From assembly GCA_965223855.1 (NCBI GenBank), contig CBDCXM010000009.1:1408001-1472000 (forward strand): a DNA stretch of 64,000 nucleotides, read 5' to 3'. The position numbers and the translations under genes are program-made. The DNA is from Candidatus Multivoradales bacterium. Its GTDB lineage: Bacteria; Acidobacteriota; Thermoanaerobaculia; Multivoradales; JAHEKO01. The notes beneath the pieces were generated by a model, which saw only the letters and a list, made by a program, of their open reading frames with translations, was not told where the DNA came from and searched no databases. This document shows positions 19,832-29,470 of the stretch, in pieces (within the stretch, counting starts at the first letter, position 1; every line of letters starts with the position of its first letter).

Positions 19832-22117
19832 ATGACGGGCGGAAACCACGTGAGGAGTCCGAGCACCCGGGCGCTCGGAGCGTTCCGGGTCTCTGCGGTG
19901 CTCGCGATTGCCGGCTTTCTCCTGGCTCTCGCGCTGGCTTTTCGCGGAAGGTTGGAGATTCCCGCGACCCGACGAGACGGAGGCGTTAGGGTGAGTGGGG
20001 GTACCGAGGAGATGGCGCGGCGACTCGATGCCGCCGTCTCCGGGCTCGATCCGCTCCGCTCCCTTCTTTCCGACCGTCCCGAGGTGCGCATCGAGGCGTT
20101 TCGTAGCAAGTGGACGGCGGCCACCCGCCGCCCCGATCGGATCCGCACCGGCCACCGGCTCGGCTTCGTGCAGCTCGCCAACGGCAGGATCGATGCCGCC
20201 ATCGACACCTACCGGGAGCTTCTCGACCCGATCGCCGGACGCATCCGCCCGCGGCTCGAGGCGATGCTGCGGACGTTCCTCGCTTCGGCCTATCTGCGTC
20301 GGGCCGAGGACGGCAACTGCCTCGAACCGGGGAATCCACGGGCCTGTTTGCTGCCGATCCGCGGTCACGGGGTGCACCAGGAGGGGGAGGCGGGACGTCT
20401 CGCCCTCGAGGAGTTGTCGAAGGTCCTCGAGCTGACGCCCGAGGATCTCGGAGCGCGCTGGCTGCTCAACCTCGCAGCGATGAATCTCGGGAGCCACCCG
20501 GAGGGCGTGTCGGAGGAGCTCCGGTGGGACCTCGATCTGTTCGGCCGCCAGGCCGAGCTGACCGAGTTCCCGAACACCGCCGGCAGTGCGGGCGTCGATG
20601 TTCTGGGCCTTTCCGGCGGGGTGGTCCTCGACGATCTCAACGGGGACGGTTCGCTCGATCTCCTCGTCTCGTCCTGGGGACTGCGCGATCCCCTGCAGGT
20701 GTTCGCCAACGACGGCTCGGGCTCGTTCGTGGAGATCACCGAGCGGGCCGGGCTCGACGGCATCACCGGCGGGCTCAATCTCGTTCACGGCGACTACGAC
20801 AACGACGGCGACGTGGACGTCTTCGTCCTCCGTGGGGCGTGGCAGGACCGTTTCGGCGAGATGCCCAACTCGCTGCTGCGCAACCGCGGCGACGGCAGCT
20901 TCGACGACGTCACGATCGAGGCGGGAGTGTTCAGCGCCCGTCCGACGCAGACCGCCGCCTGGGGCGACTACGACGGCGACGGCGACCTCGATCTCTTCGT
21001 CGGCAACGAGTCCCGCGGCAACCGCGACTACCCGTGCGAGCTGTTTCGCAACAACGGCGACGGCACCTTCACCGAGGTCGGAGAGGCGGTGGGCGTCGCG
21101 GTCGTCGGCTTCGTCAAGGCCGCGGTCTGGGGCGACTACGACAACGACGGCCGCCCCGACCTCTTCCTTTCGCGTTTCGGCCAGGGCAATCTGCTCCTGC
21201 GCAACGAGGGCCCCGGCAGTGAGGACTCCCCTGGCGACGAGTCGTGGCGGTTCGTCGATCGCTCCATCGCCGCCGGCGTGGCCGATCCGGCGGAGAGTTT
21301 CCCGGCCTGGTTCTGGGACTACGATCAGGACGGTTGGCTCGATCTGCTGGTGCTGCCGTTTCCGGGGTTCGACGCTCGCGCCCTCGATCAGGTGATCGCC
21401 GGCTACCTCGGTCGACAGACCGTCGCCGCAGTGCCGCGTCTCTTTCGGAATCTCGGTGACGGCACTTTCGAGGACTCGACCACGGCCGCCGGCCTCTCCG
21501 GCGAGAGCATGCTGGCGATGGGGTCGAACTTCGGCGATCTCGACAACGACGGCTGGTTCGACTTCTATGTCGGCACCGGCACTCCCGACCTCGCGACCCT
21601 CGTTCCCAACCGGATGTACCGCGGCGGGGCCGACGGCATCTTCGAGAGCGTCACTCTCTCCGGCGGCTTCGGCCATCTGCAGAAGGGACACGGGGTCGCT
21701 TTCGGCGACATCGACGATGACGGAGACCAGGACGTCTATGCGGTGCTCGGTGGCGCCTACCCGGTCGACGTGGCGCGCAATGCCCTTTTCCTCAACCCCG
21801 GGAACGGGGGCCGTTGGCTGACGCTGCGACTGGTCGGTCGATCCGCGAATCGCTCGGCGATCGGCAGTCGCGTGCGGATCTTCACCTCGGGGCCGGGAGG
21901 GTTGAAGACACATCATCACCTGGTCGGCTCCGGCGGCAGCTTCGGCGCTTCGAGTCTGCGCCTCGAGGTCGGCCTGGGAACTGCCGACGCGATCGAGATC
22001 GTGGAGATCGACTGGCCCGGCGGCGCGACCGAGCGGGTAGAGGGTCTCGAACTCGACTCGTCCTGGGTCGTCCGCGAAGGGCGAGGTGCGACCCGGCTCG
22101 TGAGGAGGGGCGCCTGA
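19832..22117 (+). CDS. CRTAC1/ASPIC-UnbV family protein with FG-GAP repeats
   Basis: Multiple GDYDNDGDxD repeats; KGHGVAFGD; C-terminal NRSAIGSRV...LEVGLG...IDWPGG; start uncertain. Confidence 0.88.
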   Translation: MTGGNHVRSPSTRALGAFRVSAVLAIAGFLLALALAFRGRLEIPATRRDGGVRVSGGTEEMARRLDAAVSGLDPLRSLLSDRPEVRIEAFRSKWTAATRRPDRIRTGHRLGFVQLANGRIDAAIDTYRELLDPIAGRIRPRLEAMLRTFLASAYLRRAEDGNCLEPGNPRACLLPIRGHGVHQEGEAGRLALEELSKVLELTPEDLGARWLLNLAAMNLGSHPEGVSEELRWDLDLFGRQAELTEFPNTAGSAGVDVLGLSGGVVLDDLNGDGSLDLLVSSWGLRDPLQVFANDGSGSFVEITERAGLDGITGGLNLVHGDYDNDGDVDVFVLRGAWQDRFGEMPNSLLRNRGDGSFDDVTIEAGVFSARPTQTAAWGDYDGDGDLDLFVGNESRGNRDYPCELFRNNGDGTFTEVGEAVGVAVVGFVKAAVWGDYDNDGRPDLFLSRFGQGNLLLRNEGPGSEDSPGDESWRFVDRSIAAGVADPAESFPAWFWDYDQDGWLDLLVLPFPGFDARALDQVIAGYLGRQTVAAVPRLFRNLGDGTFEDSTTAAGLSGESMLAMGSNFGDLDNDGWFDFYVGTGTPDLATLVPNRMYRGGADGIFESVTLSGGFGHLQKGHGVAFGDIDDDGDQDVYAVLGGAYPVDVARNALFLNPGNGGRWLTLRLVGRSANRSAIGSRVRIFTSGPGGLKTHHHLVGSGGSFGASSLRLEVGLGTADAIEIVEIDWPGGATERVEGLELDSSWVVREGRGATRLVRRGA

Positions 22118-22200
22118 CGAAGGGTGGCGCCGGCCGCTTCGTCGGAACAGTAGAACCGCCGGAAGGGTAGAGTTCGAGAGAACAGCGAGAGACTCCACCC

Positions 22201-22938
22201 ATGAAGCTCGAAGAACTACGCGATGTCTACGAAGGGCTCGGCGAAGACGATCCGCTGTGGGCGGTGCTGACCGCAGATCGCTACCGCGACAATCGCTGGG
22301 ACCCAGAGGCCTTCTTCGCCTCCGGAAGGACCGAGATCACCGAGGTCGTGGGGTACCTGGAGCGGCTCGGCCGATCGCCGGAAGGGGGCAGGGTGCTCGA
22401 CTTCGGTTGCGGGGTTGGCCGGCTCTCGCTCGCCCTCGCGGAGCACTTCGACGACGTGACGGGCGTCGACATCTCGACGTCGATGCTCGAACGGGCACGC
22501 GACTTCAACCGTTTCGGCGACCGGGTGCGGTTCGTTCACAACGACCGTGCAGATCTCGAGGTCCTCGGCGACGCCCGGTTCGACCTCGTCTACAGCAACA
22601 AGACGCTGCAGCACATCGCCCCCCGCTTCTCGCTCGCCTATGTGGCGGAGTTCCTCCGACTCCTCGCTCCGGGCGGTGTGGCGCTCTTCATGATTCCCGC
22701 CGGTCCGCACCGCGCGGGATCGTGGTCGCGGCGCTGGTACCGGCTGTGGTCCGAGCGTCTGCGGCCGGGACTCAAGCAGCTTCGCGGGCGGCCACGGGTG
22801 GAGATGCACTCCGTCTCGCCCCGCGAGGTGGCGGAGACGGTCGAGGCGGCGGGCGGGCGGATCGTCGACCGGGTCGATCAGTCGCCGCGACGCCGGCGAA
22901 GGAAGCGGATGCGCTACTGCGCCGTCGTCGAAGGCTAG
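22201..22938 (+). CDS. Class I SAM-dependent methyltransferase
   Basis: VLDFGCGVGRL, GVDIS, FDLVYS..TLQH, LAPGG. Confidence 0.9.
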   Translation: MKLEELRDVYEGLGEDDPLWAVLTADRYRDNRWDPEAFFASGRTEITEVVGYLERLGRSPEGGRVLDFGCGVGRLSLALAEHFDDVTGVDISTSMLERARDFNRFGDRVRFVHNDRADLEVLGDARFDLVYSNKTLQHIAPRFSLAYVAEFLRLLAPGGVALFMIPAGPHRAGSWSRRWYRLWSERLRPGLKQLRGRPRVEMHSVSPREVAETVEAAGGRIVDRVDQSPRRRRRKRMRYCAVVEG

Positions 22939-22955
22939 CGCGCCGAGTGCCCGGG

Positions 22956-22990
22956 CCGCTGCCCGGGCCACTGAAGAGCCCGGGCAGCGG
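22956..22990. terminator. 13-bp inverted repeat between convergent genes
   Basis: CCGCTGCCCGGGC-9 nt-GCCCGGGCAGCGG. Confidence 0.5.
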
Positions 22991-23008
22991 AGTCGGCGGA
23001 CGGCCCTG

Positions 23009-23827
23009 CTACTCGCCGCCGCCGTCGGGCATGGCCGCCTGGGAGAAGTGAACCACCATGACGATCTGATCTTCGTGACGGTCGGTGAAGACCTCCTCCA
23101 TCCGCGCCTGCGTCTCGGCGTCCGGCATCCCGAGCGCGGCGTCGACGGCGTCACGGGCGGCGAGCGTCTCGGCGCTGTACCAGCTCATGTGGGTCCACGG
23201 GTAGCTCCGGTGGACCGCCGGCGCGTGCAGGCCGTAGGCGATGATGTCGCCGTTCGCCGCCACCTGGTCGAAGGCGGGAGCGGCGAAGTTCTTGTAGAGC
23301 TCCATGACCGCGCCTTCCTTGCCCGGCTTCGCCTCGAAGTACCCGAGGTGGATGTAGTTCGGCCGTCCCTCGAGGTTGCCACCCAGATGGACCGAGCGGT
23401 TGATGACGTCGAAGTGGGAGCCGTCGACCACCGTCGAGTCCCACAACTCGGCCTCGGCGGCGAGCTCCTCGGGAGACATCGACTGCCTCTTCGCCATGAA
23501 GGCGGCCATGAACTGGTCCATCGCTTCCCAGCCGACGAACGACACCCACTCGACGTGCGAGGTGGCGTCGCCACCGTCGTGGACGACGTTGAGGCCGACG
23601 CCCCAGTTCAATGCGGCTCCGGACGCGAGGAGCGGCTCGTAGGCCTCGGTGCCCTGCTGGATCATCATGCCGATCAGCGCGTCGCTCTGGCCCGGCTGCG
23701 CCTTGAGCTGGTTGATCCAGACGTAGATCGGCGGCCCGTCGGGCGCCTGGGCGGTCGCCGTCGCCGGCGTCAACAGAGCGGCGATCGCGAGCAGGGTGAG
23801 GACGGCAGGAATCGTCTTGGTACGCAT
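23009..23827 (-). CDS. Exported protein with two dimeric alpha/beta-barrel (NIPSNAP-like) repeats
   Basis: Signal peptide; duplicated halves (KAQPGQ...WGVGLNVVH and EAKPGK...YGLHAPAVH); AAGGAGG RBS. Confidence 0.6.
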   Translation of the reverse strand: MRTKTIPAVLTLLAIAALLTPATATAQAPDGPPIYVWINQLKAQPGQSDALIGMMIQQGTEAYEPLLASGAALNWGVGLNVVHDGGDATSHVEWVSFVGWEAMDQFMAAFMAKRQSMSPEELAAEAELWDSTVVDGSHFDVINRSVHLGGNLEGRPNYIHLGYFEAKPGKEGAVMELYKNFAAPAFDQVAANGDIIAYGLHAPAVHRSYPWTHMSWYSAETLAARDAVDAALGMPDAETQARMEEVFTDRHEDQIVMVVHFSQAAMPDGGGE

Positions 23828-23952
23828 ACTTCCCTCCTTGGAAGCCGGCCGGGTGCGCAGGCGGCGCTGTAGCGACTCCCTCCTGTGAGAGCGGCTGTCG
23901 ACCCCGGTACCGGTTTTGATGGTGAATCGAGGCCCTCAATATACTGCAAGCC

Positions 23953-24444
23953 ATGCTGTCGACGGGTGCGATCGACGTTGCGTTCCAGAAGCTGATGCCG
24001 GGCAACGGTTGTTTCGGCTGTGGCCCCGAAAACCCGGACGGCCTGAGGATCGAGAGCTTCTGGAAGAGCGTGGCGCCGGATGCCGAGGCGGTCTGCACCT
24101 ACGTGCCGCATCCGCACCAGTCGGCCGGCCCCCCTCAGTGGCTCAACGGCGGCATCGTGTCGGTGCTCATCGACTGCCACTCGGTCTGCACGGCCGTGGC
24201 GGATGCCTACCGGCGCGAGGGCCGGGCGATGGGTGAGGAGCCCCTGATCTGGTACGTCACCGGACGGCTCAGTGTCGACTACCTGCGACCGACGCCGATC
24301 GACCGGCCGGTCGATCTCACGGCACGGGTGACGGCGGTCGAGGGAAAGAAGACGACCGTCGCCTGCCGTCTCGAGTCGGACGGGGTCGTGTGTGCTCAGG
24401 GGGAAGTGCTGGCGATCCGGGTCTCGGAAAGCTGGCGGGGATGA
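23953..24444 (+). CDS. PaaI/hotdog-fold thioesterase
   Basis: CFGCGPENPDGL, LNGGIVSVLIDCHS, VTGRLSVDYLRPTP. Confidence 0.88.
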   Translation: MLSTGAIDVAFQKLMPGNGCFGCGPENPDGLRIESFWKSVAPDAEAVCTYVPHPHQSAGPPQWLNGGIVSVLIDCHSVCTAVADAYRREGRAMGEEPLIWYVTGRLSVDYLRPTPIDRPVDLTARVTAVEGKKTTVACRLESDGVVCAQGEVLAIRVSESWRG

Positions 24445-24487
24445 CCTCCCAGTCGGGGAGAAGTTCGCGCTCCGGCGAGGCGGAGGC

Positions 24488-24540
24488 GGCCGGTGAAGGG
24501 CGGCCAGTGAAGGGCGGCCAGTCAAGGGAGGCCAGTGAAG
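24488..24540. repeat. 14-bp tandem repeat (GGCCAGTGAAGGGC), about 3.8 copies
   Basis: Imperfect units start at 24488, 24502, 24516 and 24530. Confidence 0.75.
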
Positions 24541-24652
24541 ATCGACACAGGAAGGCTCGAGCGCGGGTGCTAGGGTTTTCGGCATCGCGATCAACGTTCT
24601 GAACACGACTCGGCCGGCCGGCGCCGGCTCGAATGGATTCGGAGACGACGCC

Positions 24653-25984
24653 ATGCCCAGGACGCCCCTCTTCCGCCTCGCTCTCGGCTTCTGCTCATGC
24701 CTTGCCGCCACGGCGGTTCTGGCTCAGGGCAGCCCCGTGGGGCCCGAGTTCCAGGTCAATACCTATGACTTCGGGCGGCAGGATCGCCCCGACGTCGCGG
24801 TTCATGACGACGGCGACTTCGTTGTCGTCTGGAGGAGTGAGTTCCAGGACGGCTCCTACGGTGGCGTCTTCGCTCAGCGCTTCGACGCCGACGGGAACGA
24901 GTTGGGTGGTGAGTTCCAGGTCAACACCTACTTCGTCAACTCTCAGAGGGGCGCCCGCGTCGCGTCGACTCCGTCGGGCGGCTTCATCGTCGTCTGGTCG
25001 AGCGTCAATCAGAACGAAGGCGGCAGTGCGCCCAGCGACATCTACGCGCAGCGTTTCAACGCTGCCGGTACCGCCCTCGGAGCCGAGCTGCAGGTCAGCG
25101 AGGCGGGGATCGAGCGCGACGTCGAACCGGACGTCGCGACCGACTCCGCTGGCAACTTCGTCGTGACCTGGGCGAGGACCCAGTACTACAGCGAGGGGTA
25201 CGGCGGAGCGGAGATCTACGGCCGACGCTTCGATGCTTTCGGCGTTCCGCAGGGTAGCGAGTTCCAGATCAACAGCTACACGACCGGCTCTCAGTACTCC
25301 GCACGTGTGGCGATGAACCCCAACGGCAGCTTCGTCGTCGTCTGGTCGGGCGGCGACGACGGCGACCAGAGCGGAGTCGCCGGTCAGCTCTTCGACAACA
25401 CCGGCGCCCCTGACGGAGCCGAGTTTCAGATCAACGCCTACACGAGCAGCGATCAGGCACGACCGGAGGTGGGGGTGGCGGCCAACGGCGATTTCGTCGT
25501 CGCCTGGCAGGGCCACTACGGTCAGGACGGCAGCGGCACCTCAGTACAGGCCCGGCGGTTCGACGCGAGCGCCACCCCCCTCGGTGACGAATTCCAGGTC
25601 AACGCCTACACGACGCAGAGTCAGGACGACATCGATCTCGCGGTGAGCGAGGACGGCAGCTTCGTCGCCACCTGGCGGAGCCGTCAGCTCAAGGACGACG
25701 ATGTCATCGCGCGGCGTTTCAATGCCGACGACGGCCCTCGCGGGGACGAATTCGTGGTCAACGCCTACACCACCGACAGCCAGCGGCAGCCCGCCGTCGC
25801 CGAACTCGACGAGAACCGCTTCGTCGTCGTGTGGCATAGCGACAACACCGGCCTTCCACCGCTTCTCGAAGAGCTGCTCGGTGGCGGTCAGACGGACATC
25901 TTCGGCCAACGCTTTTCGTACCTGATCTTCGAGGACGACTTCGAGTCGGGCGACACCTCCGCCTGGTCGAATGTCGTCCCCTGA
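24653..25984 (+). CDS. Secreted repeat protein (probable beta-propeller) with C-terminal IFEDDFESGDTSAWS motif
   Basis: Signal peptide; seven EFQVNxYT..Q..PxVA...GxFVVxW repeats. Confidence 0.8.
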   Translation: MPRTPLFRLALGFCSCLAATAVLAQGSPVGPEFQVNTYDFGRQDRPDVAVHDDGDFVVVWRSEFQDGSYGGVFAQRFDADGNELGGEFQVNTYFVNSQRGARVASTPSGGFIVVWSSVNQNEGGSAPSDIYAQRFNAAGTALGAELQVSEAGIERDVEPDVATDSAGNFVVTWARTQYYSEGYGGAEIYGRRFDAFGVPQGSEFQINSYTTGSQYSARVAMNPNGSFVVVWSGGDDGDQSGVAGQLFDNTGAPDGAEFQINAYTSSDQARPEVGVAANGDFVVAWQGHYGQDGSGTSVQARRFDASATPLGDEFQVNAYTTQSQDDIDLAVSEDGSFVATWRSRQLKDDDVIARRFNADDGPRGDEFVVNAYTTDSQRQPAVAELDENRFVVVWHSDNTGLPPLLEELLGGGQTDIFGQRFSYLIFEDDFESGDTSAWSNVVP

Positions 25985-26022
25985 TCGGATCGGGTAGGCG
26001 CTCCGGCGACTTCGAGTCGCCG

Positions 26023-26086
26023 GCCGAACCTGCGAGCTGCCGAACCTGCGAGCTGCCGAACCCGCGAGCTGCCGAACCCGCGAGCT
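26023..26086. repeat. 16-bp tandem repeat GCCGAACCYGCGAGCT x4
   Basis: Four contiguous units with no spacers, followed by the inverted repeat TCCGGGTC-T-GACCCGGA. Confidence 0.85.
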
Positions 26087-26165
26087 AACAGTCCGGGTCT
26101 GACCCGGAGACCCTCGCGCTGCGATCGCGCGATGGCGGTCCGACCTGATCGAGCGGGTGACGGGA

Positions 26166-26210
26166 CCCGCCCGATGGGGTGTTCCGGGGACCACACCGAG
26201 CGGCTAGCGT
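26166..26210 (+). promoter_or_regulatory. 7-4-7 operator (CCCGCCC-gatg-GGGTGTT) and -10 box TAGCGT upstream of USP
   Basis: Same motif and spacing recur at 29306-29347 and 42418-42495. Confidence 0.5.
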
Positions 26211-26233
26211 GGCGGTGACGCAAGGAGGTTCCC

Positions 26234-27160
26234 ATGCTCGATCTCGAGACGATTGTCTTCCCGACCGACTTCTCCCCATGTTCGAACCAGGCGTTCGACT
26301 TCGCGGTCCTGCTCGCGGAGATGGAAAAGGCTCAGCTGCACCTGCTGCACGCCACCGTTCTCTTCGGTTCGGACGTCGGCGATCCCTCGGACCGGTTCCC
26401 GGAGGCGATCGAGCTTCTCGACCGGCTCGAAAAGCTGTCCAAGTCTGAGCTCGGGGCTCTCGCGACTCGCGACCGACTGGCGGCGCTGAAGGTCCGCGAG
26501 GCCGTGCGTCGCGGTTTCAAGGTGTCGGAAGTCGTGCTCGACTACGCGCGCGAAGTCGATGCCGACGCGATCGTGATGGGTACCCACGGCCGACGGGGCC
26601 CCAGGCGTTGGCTGATCGGTTCGGTGACCGAGGAGGTCCTCCGGGCCAGCCGCGTTCCGGTGCTCGTGGTACGCGAAGATTCCGCCGAGCAGGCGAAGGA
26701 CGAGCGGCTTCGTGCGATCGACCGCATCCTCGTTCCGATCGACTTCAGCCGCAACTCCGCCCGGGCACTCGAGACCGCCGTCCGTCTGGCCGACGCTCTC
26801 GATGCGGTCGTCTCGCTGCTGCATGTCGTCGATCTTCCGGCCGTTCCGAGCTTCTACGGTCAGGCGTTGGTGACCGATCTCAGTCAGGTCGAGAACCGAT
26901 CGCTGGATGCGCTGAACGAGCTGGCCGCCGAAGCCGGCCTGGCCGAGGATCGCTACGAGGCGTTCGTCGATACCGGCTGGCCGTCGGCAGCGATCGTCGA
27001 TCATGCCGCGCGGCGCGACTGCGGCCTCATCGTGCTCACCGCGCACAGCCGGCATCGTTCCGGTCTGCTGGGCAACACGACCGACGTCGTGCTGCGCCGA
27101 GCGACCTGCCCGGTGCTCGCCCTCCCCGGTGCGGAACGCGGTTCCGACGACGAAGACTGA
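26234..27160 (+). CDS. Tandem universal stress protein
   Basis: Two USP domains (IVFPTDFS...IVMGTHGRRG...IGSVTEEVLR; ILVPIDFS...LGNTTDVVLR). Confidence 0.93.
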   Translation: MLDLETIVFPTDFSPCSNQAFDFAVLLAEMEKAQLHLLHATVLFGSDVGDPSDRFPEAIELLDRLEKLSKSELGALATRDRLAALKVREAVRRGFKVSEVVLDYAREVDADAIVMGTHGRRGPRRWLIGSVTEEVLRASRVPVLVVREDSAEQAKDERLRAIDRILVPIDFSRNSARALETAVRLADALDAVVSLLHVVDLPAVPSFYGQALVTDLSQVENRSLDALNELAAEAGLAEDRYEAFVDTGWPSAAIVDHAARRDCGLIVLTAHSRHRSGLLGNTTDVVLRRATCPVLALPGAERGSDDED

Positions 27161-27175
27161 CTCTCTGGAGCCGGG

Positions 27176-27817
27176 TCAGTCTTCCGGTTCGACGATCCGG
27201 TTCCGCAGTGCGTACCCGACCACCTGCGCCCGGTTGTGCAGGTGCAGCTTGTCGAGAATGTTGCGGACGTGGAACTTGACGGTGTTCTCCGAGACCTCGA
27301 GCCGGTCTGCAAGGTCGCGGTTGGAGGTGACGCCGGCGACCATGAGTTCCAGGACCTCGGTCTCCCGCCCGGTCAGGCGGTCGGGATCGCTCGCTCGTTC
27401 GGTGGGATGCGCGAACTCGTGGAGCAGGCGGCGGGCGAGGGTCGGGCTCAGCGCGGGCTCGCCCCGGCCCACTCCTTCCAGGAGGTCGAAGAAACGGTCG
27501 GACTCGATGTTCTTGGTCAGGTAGCCCTTGGCTCCGGACTTGATCGCCTCGAAGAGGTCGCTGTCGTCCTCGGAGGCGGTCAGGATGATGACCTTCACCT
27601 CCGGCAGCTCGGCTGCCAACCGGCGAGTCGCCTCGAGGCCCCCCATGCCGGGCATACTCAGATCCATCAGGACGAGGTCGGGCTTGTGTTCCCAGGCGAG
27701 TTGAACGGCTTCGTCGCCGTTGGCCGCTTCGCCTACGATGTCCAGGTCGCGAGCTTCGAGTAAGCCGCGAAGGCTGTCTCGAAACAGGGCATGGTCGTCA
27801 GCGATGACGATTCTCAC
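27176..27817 (-). CDS. NarL/LuxR-family response regulator
   Basis: IADDH, LMDLSMP, GAKGYLTK, LTGRETEVL and SENTVKFHVRNILDKL; GTGA overlap with the kinase. Confidence 0.95.
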   Translation of the reverse strand: MRIVIADDHALFRDSLRGLLEARDLDIVGEAANGDEAVQLAWEHKPDLVLMDLSMPGMGGLEATRRLAAELPEVKVIILTASEDDSDLFEAIKSGAKGYLTKNIESDRFFDLLEGVGRGEPALSPTLARRLLHEFAHPTERASDPDRLTGRETEVLELMVAGVTSNRDLADRLEVSENTVKFHVRNILDKLHLHNRAQVVGYALRNRIVEPED

Positions 27818-29271
27818 GTGATTCCTCCATGGTCGTTCTTGAGGGGGATGCGCGCAGTGACCGTGGCGCCGTCTCCCGGTTGCGAGGTGATTCTCAGACT
27901 TCCGCCGACGCCCTCGGCCCGTTCGCGAAGGATCGCGAGACCGAAGCGTGGCGCGTCCTTTCTCTGAGCCGTGCGGGGGTCGAAACCGCGCCCGTCGTCG
28001 GTGATCGACACGACGACCTCCTCCCCGTCGCGGGTCAGAGTAACCAGGGCGACGTCGGCATCGGCGTGCTTGCGGACGTTGGAGAGGCTCTCCTGCACGA
28101 TCCTGAGCAGCTGTAACTCGACGGCCTCCTCGACCGCGACGGTGCCGTCGGCCTCGAGACGGACGTCGATCGAGGTCTGCTCGCGCCATCGCTCGAGGTA
28201 ACGCTCGAGTACGGATGCCAGAGGCTCGTCGGCGTCGGGGGTCGTGCGTAGCGCCAGGATTCCCTCGCGTGTTTCGCGGTAGGCCTCCCTGGCGGCCGCG
28301 GCGAGCTGGTCGAGATGTCGGAACGCCTCGGTCTTTCGGTCCTTGACCAGGTTCTCCCGTACGACCTGGGTCTTGGCGTTCGCGTAGGCGAGAACCTGCG
28401 CGACGCCGTCGTGCATCTCGCGGGCAATACGAGCCCTTTCCTCGGCGATGGCGAGCGAGCTGAGCCGGGTGTGCATGTCCGCGTTGTCGATGGCGATCGC
28501 CGCCTGGTCGGCGAAGCGGCCGAGGGTCGCCTCGTCGTCATCGTCGAAGGGGCTGCCGTCTGCCTTGTCCGTCAGGTAGAGGTTGCCGCGGAAGCCTCGT
28601 TTGGTGCTGATCGGCACTGCCAGCAACGAGGTCATGTCGGGGTGATGCTCAGGAAGACCGGAGAAGCGAGGATCGCGGGTCAGATCGTCGACTCTCAGAA
28701 CCTGACCTCCGTGCAGCGGTACCCCGAGCAGTCCCTTGCCGACAGGCGGATCGCCGATCGCTTCGCGCGTCGCCGGGTCGATTCCCGAGGTGACGAATTG
28801 CTCGATCGCGCCGTTCACACCGATGGTCGACATGGCCCCGTATTTCGCTCCGGTGAGCCGACGGACTTGATCCACGACTTTCTGGAGGATCCGGTCGAGG
28901 GACAGCTCACCGTAGATGTCGAGACTCGCGCGGTGGAGTGCAAGCATCTCGGCGTCGTGCCGGGCGGAACGAACCTGCGCCTGCTCGTAGGCGGACAGCA
29001 GCCAATGGACGAGCATCGTCAGCAGCGCCGCCAGAATGACTGCCGCGACGAGGCGCGCAGTCAGCCCGGTGGCGAAGCGGGTGAGAAACCCCTCGACCAG
29101 TGCGACGGCTACCGGCGGGGCGAGGAGCAGCACCGGTCGCAGCCGGGTGATCCTCGAGCCGGGGTGAACTTCGGCTGAGGAGGCTACGCTCAACGCCTCG
29201 GCATCCTGCGAACCGTCCCCGTGAGCACTGGAGTCGGCCCCGCTCCCGTCAGGTGAGCGCTCCTCGGACAT
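27814..29271 (-). CDS. Membrane GAF-domain sensor histidine kinase (HisKA_3, DosS/NarX-like)
   Basis: Two TM helices; GAF (GLPEHHPDMTSLLAVPI, GNLYLTDK); EERARIAREMHD, QESLSNVRKHA, DDGRGFD. Confidence 0.92.
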   Translation of the reverse strand: MSEERSPDGSGADSSAHGDGSQDAEALSVASSAEVHPGSRITRLRPVLLLAPPVAVALVEGFLTRFATGLTARLVAAVILAALLTMLVHWLLSAYEQAQVRSARHDAEMLALHRASLDIYGELSLDRILQKVVDQVRRLTGAKYGAMSTIGVNGAIEQFVTSGIDPATREAIGDPPVGKGLLGVPLHGGQVLRVDDLTRDPRFSGLPEHHPDMTSLLAVPISTKRGFRGNLYLTDKADGSPFDDDDEATLGRFADQAAIAIDNADMHTRLSSLAIAEERARIAREMHDGVAQVLAYANAKTQVVRENLVKDRKTEAFRHLDQLAAAAREAYRETREGILALRTTPDADEPLASVLERYLERWREQTSIDVRLEADGTVAVEEAVELQLLRIVQESLSNVRKHADADVALVTLTRDGEEVVVSITDDGRGFDPRTAQRKDAPRFGLAILRERAEGVGGSLRITSQPGDGATVTARIPLKNDHGGIT

Positions 29272-29277
29272 TCGCCG

Positions 29278-29347
29278 AGTATCCGTCCGTAGAGGCTGGC
29301 GTCGCAACCCTTCGAAGGGTGGGTCGCCTGCTCCCCGTTGGGGTGGT
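29278..29347 (-). promoter_or_regulatory. Two candidate operator palindromes and a -10 box (GATACT) upstream of the kinase
   Basis: AACCCTT-cgaa-GGGTGGG (29306-29323) and GCTCCCC-gttg-GGGTGGT (29330-29347). Confidence 0.45.
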
Positions 29348-29470
29348 GGGCCTCGTTGCGACGGACTCCTGCGCGGTCCGATCGGGAGCGCCTTCGATGG
29401 TGACGGGAACGAACTCCGACCGATTCCGGCCGCGGCCTCCGCGGCGCTGCGCTGTGGTCGATCGGTCGCC

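Noticed and set aside
26023-26086. Possible CRISPR array
   Set aside because: Units are 16 bp and contiguous, with no unique spacers and no cas genes.
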